Shown: positions 39,369-47,337 of the stretch, piece after piece
Position numbering within the stretch: the stretch's first letter is position 1
Layout of the letters: the number at the start of each line of letters is the position of its first letter
The notes under the pieces: generated by a model
What the model was told of the DNA's origin: nothing
The model's input: the letters and a program-made list of their open reading frames with translations, nothing else
Database searches by the model: none
Program-made: the position numbers and the translations under genes
Assembly: GCA_965116885.1 (NCBI GenBank)
Contig: OZ220741.1
Location: forward strand, 128,001 to 192,000
Origin: Candidatus Latescibacterota bacterium
GTDB taxonomy: Bacteria; Latescibacterota; UBA2968
Length of the DNA stretch: 64,000 nt
Direction: 5' to 3'

Positions 39369-39523
39369 AGGTTCTTTCCTTTCCTGATTAATAGCTACGT
39401 GTATATGCGTCAAAGCCTTTTCGGTGACCATCACAAGGATTGTGTATTGCACCGTACATTGGTCATCTGACGAGCGACACAACTAATACTACGGTCCGGC
39501 TGTTAACTGAGGATTGCTGCTAG

Positions 39524-39548
39524 GTAACGAATTGTAACAAGATGTGAA
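39524..39548 (-). promoter_or_regulatory. Direct-repeat box for an OmpR-family regulator upstream of the TonB receptor
   Basis: GTAAC-N5-GTAAC-N5-GTGAA (plus strand); the same motif occurs at 41754-41768. Confidence 0.65.
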
Positions 39549-39681
39549 CGGTGTGAGCGTTGTGGACGCACGAGTATTTCGTGCCTAGGCAGTCTTTGTC
39601 TTGCCTCAAGCGAGGATGATAGAGGGATGCTGTTATGAGAAGCTATTTGGGGGCGCGTAGATGCGCCCTCATTGGGGGAAT

Positions 39682-40992
39682 CTACCTATTATGTAAGGGA
39701 AATGTGAGCAGGACGCATGTTCCTTTGTTCGGTTGGCTCGTAATATCGATCTGTCCTCCGTGTGCCTCCATGATTTTCTTGCATACGCTCATGCCCAAGC
39801 CATAGCCGCCAGTTTGTTTGGAGCGAGATTTATCCACGCGATAGAAGGGCTCGAAGATGTGGGGGAGATCGTCTTTGGGGATGCCTGATCCGTAGTCTTG
39901 CACCTTGACAAAAATCTTCCCTTGCTCCCGGGCACAGGTGACTTCGATGGGATCTTTCGCGTTGGAGTGTCTGGTGGCATTCGAGAGGAGATTGTTGAGG
40001 ACCGTTGTTACTCTTGTTGGGTCGACGCTCACTATGAGATCTTCAGGCGAGCATTGGAGGACGACGCCAGGTTTTTGGTTTTGGTAATTCTTGCACGTAT
40101 CCATTAGGAGATCAAGGATATTGATCGGTTCGAGTTGGAGTCCTCCATAGGAGCTGTTTAGGCGCTCAGTTTCGAGAATTTCTGTCACCATTGCTTCCAT
40201 ATACTTGATGTTTCTGTGGAGGGTTTGCTTGGTCTTGTCGTGCTTGAGAAACTCCAGAGCTACTAGCATGCGCGTTAGCGGTGAGCGTAACTCGTGACTC
40301 ACGTCGAGTAGCAACTGGTCGCGGGTCTGGAGTGACTCACGGATTTGCTGGGTCATATGGTTGAACGAGAGTGCGAGCTGGCCAAGCTCGTCGACGCTAT
40401 TGGTCTTGATCTCAAAGTCGAGGTTGCCTTCCCCAATTGCTCTTACGCCCTCATGTAGTGCCTTTATGGGTTTGAGTTGGTTGCGAAGTATGAGGTAGAT
40501 GGCGAAGAAGGAGAATATGACGAGTCCAAGTGAGATGAGATCATAGAGTTCATTTTGAGGTAGATGGCCGGCTTTGAAGAGATTGAGCTGATAGTGGCCA
40601 TGGTCTGATTGCAGATCTACGAATATGCCTCCGCTTTCCTCGCTGATCATGATCCTGACTCGATCATCCTCCTCATAGGGGATCAGGGCCTCTCTCTTCT
40701 TCACCTGCATGTCGGGGTTACTTTGCCAAATGACGCCGTTGCTTTCATACCAGATGTCTACTTGTAGGCTGTCTGCTGTTTGTTGTAGTCGATGCGGATC
40801 GGGTTGTGGTCCAAGGTCGGCTACAATGCCTTGTGCGTGCCTCACCATGAGGCCTGATAGGGCCGGTAGAATGCTACTTTGTAGTTCACGGTCTTCAAGC
40901 CAGAGGAGGAGGGTTGTCATGATTGCGACGGCGAGAAGGAACAGTAGGGAGATCCTTAGAAAGAGCGACCGCTTGATATTGAAGAGTCTCAT
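39682..40992 (-). CDS. HAMP-domain sensor histidine kinase
   Basis: Two TM segments, DELGQLA..FNHM, VSHELRSPL, NLLSNA, DYGSGI, FEPFYR, GYGLG. Confidence 0.95.
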   Translation of the reverse strand: MRLFNIKRSLFLRISLLFLLAVAIMTTLLLWLEDRELQSSILPALSGLMVRHAQGIVADLGPQPDPHRLQQTADSLQVDIWYESNGVIWQSNPDMQVKKREALIPYEEDDRVRIMISEESGGIFVDLQSDHGHYQLNLFKAGHLPQNELYDLISLGLVIFSFFAIYLILRNQLKPIKALHEGVRAIGEGNLDFEIKTNSVDELGQLALSFNHMTQQIRESLQTRDQLLLDVSHELRSPLTRMLVALEFLKHDKTKQTLHRNIKYMEAMVTEILETERLNSSYGGLQLEPINILDLLMDTCKNYQNQKPGVVLQCSPEDLIVSVDPTRVTTVLNNLLSNATRHSNAKDPIEVTCAREQGKIFVKVQDYGSGIPKDDLPHIFEPFYRVDKSRSKQTGGYGLGMSVCKKIMEAHGGQIDITSQPNKGTCVLLTFPLHNR

Positions 40993-41684
40993 ACTACCTC
41001 CGTGGCGCCGAGGAACATGTACCCTGCACCGCGAATCGTTCGTATGTAACGAGGGTTTTTCGGGTCGTCTTTTAGCTTGTTGCGTATTCTAGATATGAGG
41101 ACATCAACTGAGCGGTCGAAGGCCTCCCAGTCTATTCCTCGAATATTCTGCATGATATAGCCTCGACTGAGGACTCTTCCCTGGCTTTGGACGAGCAGAG
41201 CCAGCATTTCGAATTCTGTTGTTGTGAGATTCAAGGCGACGCCATCGAGTGTGGCGGTATATTTCTCCAAGCTAATTTTGAGACTGCCGACGTGGAGAAG
41301 GTCTTTCTTGGCCGGCTTGTGCCCTCGTCTGAGGACTGCTTGTATTCTCGCGACCAGCTCTCTTGCTTCAAATGGCTTGGGTAGGTAGTCGTCTGCTCCG
41401 AGTTCGAGTCCGACGACACGATCTGTGATGTCCCCACGGGCCGTGAGCATAATAATGGGCAGCGTATTTGTTTCTCGGATGGTCTTGCACACCTTGAATC
41501 CATCCAATTCTGGTAACATGACATCAAGAATGACCAGGTCGAAGTCGCTTGTTCCAAGAAGCTCGAGCCCCTTAGACGGGCTGTGCACAGCGGTTATCTG
41601 GTAGCCGAAGTCTCCCAAGTAGGTCTCTAAGAGGTCGGTGAGTTCTTGGTCATCATCGATGATTAGTATTGAATCCATTACCAT
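40989..41684 (-). CDS. OmpR/PhoB family response regulator
   Basis: ILIIDDD, ILDVMLP, MLTARG, GADDYLPKPF, DRSVDVLISRIR, IRTIRGAGY. Confidence 0.96.
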   Translation of the reverse strand: MVMDSILIIDDDQELTDLLETYLGDFGYQITAVHSPSKGLELLGTSDFDLVILDVMLPELDGFKVCKTIRETNTLPIIMLTARGDITDRVVGLELGADDYLPKPFEARELVARIQAVLRRGHKPAKKDLLHVGSLKISLEKYTATLDGVALNLTTTEFEMLALLVQSQGRVLSRGYIMQNIRGIDWEAFDRSVDVLISRIRNKLKDDPKNPRYIRTIRGAGYMFLGATEVV

Positions 41685-41753
41685 GAGTCCTATGAGTCCT
41701 TGCTTCTGTAAGGGGAAGAAAACCTTGTAGTGTAAATGGATTTTTTCTGCTTT

Positions 41754-41768
41754 GTAACAGATTGTAAC
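41754..41768 (-). promoter_or_regulatory. Direct-repeat autoregulatory box upstream of the response regulator
   Basis: Minus strand GTTACAATCTGTTACA, followed by a TACACT -10-like hexamer. Confidence 0.65.
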
Positions 41769-41834
41769 CGTGGAGGGGTGTTACGGTGTTGTGTTTTTGG
41801 AAGACCTGTTCAAGTTCCTGCAAGACGTTGCTTT

Positions 41835-42782
41835 TCACCGCCGCACCGCCATCAAAACAAATCCAAAAGACACCCAGAAAATTTTCCTGATACGCCGGAT
41901 CAATGCAACGCCCAATCCCAATTCGGGTGTTAACCCCAACAATTGAAAAAGAAACACATGCCCGCTCTCAAAAACGCCGACACCAGATGGAATAAAGAAA
42001 AATGCCGTGTTTATAATCAACGACAAAGACGTGAGCAAAAAAGCGGTCAAAAAAGATTGTGGCTGCCCCAACAGGCTGAGAATCGCATACACTTCAAAAG
42101 TTCCCAAAACCCAACTCAGCATGTGCAACGCCATACACAGCCAGAACCCCAGGCGATTCTGCCGGTAAAATGCCGCAATCGTCCGATCAACTTCTTCAAA
42201 CTTTTCGCGCCTCGACTCCAAAAAAGAGAGACGCAACTTCTTCAAAACATCCAGCAACCATACAGAAGCCCGTTGGCGCTGAGACACATAAGCCGCCACA
42301 ATTCCAACCGTACCCAACACCAGGGCAGCCCCCAATCCAATCTGCACCTCTACTGAAAGCGGAAACATGCCCACGGCCAACCCCGTGCCAACCAGCGCAA
42401 AAACCAGTCCGCTCACCAGTTCAACCGTCTTATTGATCACCAGAGAGGGTACACCCTGCGTCACAGAAACCCGGTCGCGCAACATATACGCTTTGGCCAC
42501 CTCACCGCCCACATGAGAAGCCGGTGTGACATTGCCAACAGCTTCTCCCGACAACTTTATGCAAAAAAGTGACCAAAAGTGCGGACGGTCGCCGTCAAAA
42601 CACATCGCCCATGCCCACGTATTGCTCACATGCCAGCCCAATGCAATGAGCAAAACAGGCACATAGCCCCACCCCATCTGCCGCACTTGCGTCCAGGCGG
42701 CGATAATCCCAACCTCGTAAATCAACACCGCCAGCAGCGTTAACCCTATTCCCCAAAACATCACCTTGCGCGCAGTTTTCAT
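41835..42782 (-). CDS. Lysylphosphatidylglycerol-synthase TM / flippase-like (UPF0104) protein
   Basis: GEAVGNVTPASHVGGEVAK, IPSGVGVFE, LIRRIR; multiple TM segments. Confidence 0.85.
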   Translation of the reverse strand: MKTARKVMFWGIGLTLLAVLIYEVGIIAAWTQVRQMGWGYVPVLLIALGWHVSNTWAWAMCFDGDRPHFWSLFCIKLSGEAVGNVTPASHVGGEVAKAYMLRDRVSVTQGVPSLVINKTVELVSGLVFALVGTGLAVGMFPLSVEVQIGLGAALVLGTVGIVAAYVSQRQRASVWLLDVLKKLRLSFLESRREKFEEVDRTIAAFYRQNRLGFWLCMALHMLSWVLGTFEVYAILSLLGQPQSFLTAFLLTSLSLIINTAFFFIPSGVGVFESGHVFLFQLLGLTPELGLGVALIRRIRKIFWVSFGFVLMAVRR

Positions 42783-42796
42783 TCACCATCTATCCC

Positions 42797-42832
42797 AAAA
42801 GAAACGGCGACCAAAATGCGCCGCCGTTCGTC
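42797..42832 (-). terminator. Putative intrinsic terminator or attenuator after the TPR-parvulin gene
   Basis: Minus strand AACGGCGGC-loop-GTCGCCGTT followed by TCTTTT. Confidence 0.5.
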
Positions 42833-42855
42833 AAAAAATATCTTATAGAACACCG

Positions 42856-44364
42856 TCAATTAACCCGCATAATCACGTGATAGCCCAGAGGGGTTTTGAC
42901 AACCCCACTGACTTCATTGGGTTTGAGCTTCATCACTGCGGCTTCAAAATCCGGGTGCAAATCGCCCTTAGAGAAAAATCCCGTACTTCCGCCATTTTCT
43001 TTTGAAGGATCAATAGAATAACTCCTCGCCAAAGCGGCAAAATCTTCTCCGGCTTTGAGCTTGTTCAAAATTTCCTGAGCTTCGGGTTCCGTCTTCACCA
43101 GAATATGCCGCACCCGCATCTTCCCCGCCTGAATCGACTTAATAATATCCAGATTCCCCTGTGCATCGCGCAACGTACTGGCATCCTTGCTCTCGGCCAT
43201 TGCCGTTTCATACGCTCTTCGCGCCTTATCAAAATCTCCCCGGGCCGAATAAATAAACCCCAAATTGTTGTGAACCTCGGCATCTTTGGGATCAATCGCC
43301 AATGCCTTCTCGTAAATCACACCTGCAGAATCGACCTTCTCTTCGCCCAAATACAGCAAAGCCAACCGCTTATAGGGCGCAATCCACCTGGGCGCACGCT
43401 CGATGCAGGTCAACAACTCGGCCTTGCCCTGTGCAATATCGCCCCTGGCCACATAGACTTCTGCCAGCCTGAACCGGACCAAATTGCCATCGGGCGCGCG
43501 TTCCAAAACGCCCAGCATCTCGCCAATACTGGCATCAAAATTGCCCCGGGCCGCGTACAACTGTGCAAGTGCATCGCGCACCTCGAGATCCTCCGGAGCG
43601 AGATCGCGCACCTTTTCCCATGCTGCCTGTGCCATATCCAAAGAATCCACCTCTGCACTCATAAAACCGAGCGCGCGATACACAGATGGATCTTCTGGCG
43701 CAGTATCGACAGCCTGTCGATACGCCGCAAAAGCCTTCTGCGTCATCCCCAGCGCGTGAAAAACCCCACCTCGGTTAACCATCAACATCACATTGTCCGG
43801 ATTGGCAGCAAGGCCGCGGTCCATAACGGCGATAGCACTGAGTGTATCGCCCACTGCAATATGGGTTAGCGCCAGAGATTGATACGCCTCAATAAAATCG
43901 GAACGGCGTTTGAGTGCCGCTTCAAAATCGGCAATAGCTTCTCTGGGCTTGCCCAGATCGCTATTCAAAGATGCGCGCTCTGCCAGAAGCAAAGCGGGTT
44001 CACCGCTTTGCCCAATCCCCTGATCAAGCACAGAAAGAGCCTGAGAAAATTTGCCCTGCCGAACGAACACCAACGCCAGATCGCGATATCCGCGAACAGA
44101 ACCCGGTTTAATCTCCACCACCTTTTGAAAAGCGGCCACCGCCGCATCCAATTGCCCGGCCTCTGCATAAAGCATACCCAAAAAACCGTGCGCTGCCACA
44201 CTATCGGCATGTGCATCGACAAAAGCGCGCGCCACCTCGAGGGCGTCGTCAATTTTGCCGTCGCTGTAATGCGCCTCAATCTCTTTCAAAAACTCTCGCG
44301 CATCTACAACCGGGGCCTGAAAAAATATCATACCCCATACAAAACACAGCATCCACCGTTTCAA
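42856..44364 (-). CDS. Secreted TPR-repeat protein with C-terminal PpiC/parvulin peptidyl-prolyl isomerase domain
   Basis: Many TPR motifs; VRHILVK..GEDFAALARSYSIDPSKENGG..F..VSGVVKTPLGYHVI. Confidence 0.88.
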   Translation of the reverse strand: MKRWMLCFVWGMIFFQAPVVDAREFLKEIEAHYSDGKIDDALEVARAFVDAHADSVAAHGFLGMLYAEAGQLDAAVAAFQKVVEIKPGSVRGYRDLALVFVRQGKFSQALSVLDQGIGQSGEPALLLAERASLNSDLGKPREAIADFEAALKRRSDFIEAYQSLALTHIAVGDTLSAIAVMDRGLAANPDNVMLMVNRGGVFHALGMTQKAFAAYRQAVDTAPEDPSVYRALGFMSAEVDSLDMAQAAWEKVRDLAPEDLEVRDALAQLYAARGNFDASIGEMLGVLERAPDGNLVRFRLAEVYVARGDIAQGKAELLTCIERAPRWIAPYKRLALLYLGEEKVDSAGVIYEKALAIDPKDAEVHNNLGFIYSARGDFDKARRAYETAMAESKDASTLRDAQGNLDIIKSIQAGKMRVRHILVKTEPEAQEILNKLKAGEDFAALARSYSIDPSKENGGSTGFFSKGDLHPDFEAAVMKLKPNEVSGVVKTPLGYHVIMRVN

Positions 44365-44380
44365 AACGCAACCTCCATCC

Positions 44381-44409
44381 TTGACAATAGCAACACAACA
44401 CAATATAAT
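44381..44409 (+). promoter_or_regulatory. Perfect-consensus sigma70 promoter
   Basis: TTGACA-17-TATAAT, 12 bp before the ATG at 44422. Confidence 0.85.
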
Positions 44410-44421
44410 CACATCTCACTT

Positions 44422-44982
44422 ATGAAAACTCTAAAACAAAACATCGTACCACTCATAGCCTTTCTAATCGCGGGAAGTACAGCGATACTCGCTTACGACC
44501 ACTTGTCCTACGTAATTCCCTATGTGGTCTTTAAGTATCCCATCGCCATTGTCGTACTCTACGCATTTTTTCAGCTCATCGCATTTGCAGAGCGTCGCCG
44601 CAGTGCCCAACTCGACGAAGTGGGCTTGCTTCGGCCTCTGCGCGACGGCGCATTCCTCGTATGCTTGCACGCACACCTGCGCGACCTCGGCATAGACCTG
44701 AACCTGTTATCATCGGCATCCAGCATGCACCTCGCCCTGTTGTCCTGGGCGGTCGCCCTCATCGGATATTATGCCCTTGAGCAACCCGGGGGACTACCTG
44801 GTCGCACAATTAAAATCCTGTCCTCTCCTGCCACGCGCATCACAATCTGTCGCGGACTCATCATCTCGGGACTACTGGGCGTAATCGGTACATTCGCGGC
44901 AATTGTGCAACCCCTCTGGCTCGGCCTCCCCCTGCTTCTGGTATTCATTCGCGCCTATCTGCGTTCCGGAGACGGATCGTGA
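44422..44982 (+). CDS. Hypothetical membrane protein
   Basis: Hydrophobic 186 aa ORF from MKTLKQN; stop overlaps the next start (GTGA). Confidence 0.7.
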   Translation: MKTLKQNIVPLIAFLIAGSTAILAYDHLSYVIPYVVFKYPIAIVVLYAFFQLIAFAERRRSAQLDEVGLLRPLRDGAFLVCLHAHLRDLGIDLNLLSSASSMHLALLSWAVALIGYYALEQPGGLPGRTIKILSSPATRITICRGLIISGLLGVIGTFAAIVQPLWLGLPLLLVFIRAYLRSGDGS

Positions 44983-45863
44983 ACGTAGAAAATGAACGCC
45001 TCAACACCCGCGCCGCCCTGCTCAACCTCTTGACAGCAATCCTCTGGGGCGGCAATTCCGTATCCATCAAAATGGGGCTATCCGGTATTCCGCCGCTTTG
45101 CCTGGCCGGTATGCGCTTTTTGCTCGGCGGACTCGTCGTCTATATCTGGACACTTCCGCTGAAAATCGACCTGAAACTCAAATCCAACGAAAGACGAGGC
45201 ATTATCGGCCTCATTTTTCTTTTTCTCGCACAGATCTACCTGCTCAATGCGGGAACCGATTACACCCTCGCCAGCCGCTCGACCATCTTTATATCGGCCT
45301 ATCCCTTCTTCACCGCCTCATTTGCACATATCTTTATACCGGGCGACAAAATCAGCACGCGCAAAATGATCGGCATGGTATTGTCTTTTCTCGGTGTAAT
45401 ACTCATCTTTGCCGAAAGCCTATCACTCGGCGAACTTCAACATCTTTTAGGGGACATCCTCGTACTCGCAAGTGCCGCTCTCCTCGGCGCTCGCCAGGTT
45501 TATCTCAAGCGTCTCGTCCAGAACATACACCCTGGAAAAGTCTTGATCTGGCAATCCGCACCCAGCGTACCCATCTTTTTTTTACTCAGTACACTATTTG
45601 AAACACAGGCCATTCAACTCGATATCCGCGTCCTGAGTGCCGTTCTCTATCAGGGGCTCGTCGTCGCGGGATTCTGCTTTATCCTCCTCACCAGCCTGCT
45701 GAAACGCTATTCAGCCAGCCGCCTCTCTGTATTTGGATTCATCACCCCAATTGTCGGCGTCGTCGTCAGCAACCTCCTCCTCGGCGACCCCATCTCACCC
45801 ATCCTCCTACTCAGCCTCGCACTCGTGGGCATCGGCATCACCATTGTCAATACATCCCAGTGA
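44979..45863 (+). CDS. DMT/EamA family transporter
   Basis: LWGGNSVSIK, PPL.LAGMRF, 10 TM segments, FGFITPIVGV. Confidence 0.92.
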   Translation: MNVENERLNTRAALLNLLTAILWGGNSVSIKMGLSGIPPLCLAGMRFLLGGLVVYIWTLPLKIDLKLKSNERRGIIGLIFLFLAQIYLLNAGTDYTLASRSTIFISAYPFFTASFAHIFIPGDKISTRKMIGMVLSFLGVILIFAESLSLGELQHLLGDILVLASAALLGARQVYLKRLVQNIHPGKVLIWQSAPSVPIFFLLSTLFETQAIQLDIRVLSAVLYQGLVVAGFCFILLTSLLKRYSASRLSVFGFITPIVGVVVSNLLLGDPISPILLLSLALVGIGITIVNTSQ

Positions 45864-45944
45864 GCAAAAGCACAGCCTATCAATCTATGCGGTCTCATTA
45901 TACGCCGCAAGAAAAAACTGGTTTCAGAACCCAATGTACGCGCT

Positions 45945-47324
45945 TTACCCGAGCCGAATATCCGGCAACTCAAAATCGTCGCCCGTGTCTTCAATCCACT
46001 GCGCGAGGCGCGCGTGGCACCTCTCCTTCTCCTTCTGAAACGCCCTGTTATAGACGTAATTCGCCTGTTCGTAGGGATCATCCGCCGTATTGAAAAGCAA
46101 CCAATCATTACCCGGCGTACAGGCGTATTTCCACCCATCTCGCATCACCACAGCCCGCCACGCCTTATTCACAGTATGCGAATGCATCTTTCGGGGAATC
46201 TGCTGTAAATACGCCGAATCGGGTTCTGCATTTCTATTGGGCTTGCCTTTGAACTCAGCGGCATTGCTGGAAATACAGTGCCCCGAATAATCGTGTCCGA
46301 CCATATCCTCGGGAACGGAAATACCGCAAAGACCCAGCGTAGTAGGTGCAATATCGACGTGATTGATCACCGCATCCGTAGATCCCGTATTCATATTAGC
46401 ACCCCCCCCCACTTTGCCGATAATAAACGGAATGCGGACCGACTCTTCCCACGGCGATGATTTGCCCGTCTGCGCGTGGCTCCACAGCATATCGCCGTGA
46501 TCGGAAAAGAAAATCAGGTATGTCTCCCGATCAACACCCATATCTTTGAGCGCCATGCGAATCCGTCCCACATTGTAATCCAGATTCTCCACCATCGCGT
46601 AATAACCCGCATGATCCAGGGCTGCCCGCTCGCGGATCCGGGGAACAACCGGCACATTGCGCCGAAGCTGAATATCCGACGGATGAATCCGGGGCGCTCC
46701 GCCATCTGGATTGGTAGGCGGCACAAAAGGATTGTGGGGCGGCTGCACCGAAAGCACGGCAAAAAACGGCTGATAGTCTTCTTCATCACCCACATGATCC
46801 GCGAGATGGTCTAAAAACAAAGACGTCAGGCTATCCGTTTCGTACCCTTCCAGACGCCGGGGCGTTTCGCCCTCCGAACCATAAACATAGCACTCGTTCT
46901 GATTGTTATTATTCTCATACCCCATCCAGTACTGAAAATTCCCCCTGCGCTCGTGAGGAACACAGTTCTCCCGCGCATTGGACCCGTCCAAATGCCACTT
47001 GCCGACATAAGCCGTGTGATACCCCGCATCATTAAAAGGCATAGCAACAGTCGGAATCGCCGGATCCAGTGGAGACGGCGTCTGCGTCACCCCATTCTGA
47101 TGCGGATAAGTACCCGTCATTAGTGCGCCGCGAAAAGGCGAACACCACGGCGCACCGGAAACCGCGCAGTCAAAACGCATCCCCTCGCGCGCGAGATTGT
47201 CGATATTCGGCGTAAACACATTGGGATCGCCCCGATAGCTCAATGCATGCGCGCGGTGCTGATCGCCAAAAATCCAGATTACATTGGGTTTGCGTACAGG
47301 ACGAAACGAAAATTTCTCACTCAT
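45945..47324 (-). CDS. Sulfatase
   Basis: KPNVIWIFGDQHR, CSPFR (CxPxR), GKWHL, PPHNP, SDHGD. Confidence 0.93.
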   Translation of the reverse strand: MSEKFSFRPVRKPNVIWIFGDQHRAHALSYRGDPNVFTPNIDNLAREGMRFDCAVSGAPWCSPFRGALMTGTYPHQNGVTQTPSPLDPAIPTVAMPFNDAGYHTAYVGKWHLDGSNARENCVPHERRGNFQYWMGYENNNNQNECYVYGSEGETPRRLEGYETDSLTSLFLDHLADHVGDEEDYQPFFAVLSVQPPHNPFVPPTNPDGGAPRIHPSDIQLRRNVPVVPRIRERAALDHAGYYAMVENLDYNVGRIRMALKDMGVDRETYLIFFSDHGDMLWSHAQTGKSSPWEESVRIPFIIGKVGGGANMNTGSTDAVINHVDIAPTTLGLCGISVPEDMVGHDYSGHCISSNAAEFKGKPNRNAEPDSAYLQQIPRKMHSHTVNKAWRAVVMRDGWKYACTPGNDWLLFNTADDPYEQANYVYNRAFQKEKERCHARLAQWIEDTGDDFELPDIRLG

Positions 47325-47337
47325 CGTAAAAACCTTT

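Noticed and set aside
39466..39530. Hammerhead ribozyme core (CTGACGAG)
   Set aside because: No stem II followed by GAAA, and no flanking stems
43879..44421. N-terminal 181 codons of the 367 aa plus-strand ORF
   Set aside because: Overlaps the TPR-parvulin gene antisense; a consensus promoter places the real start at 44422
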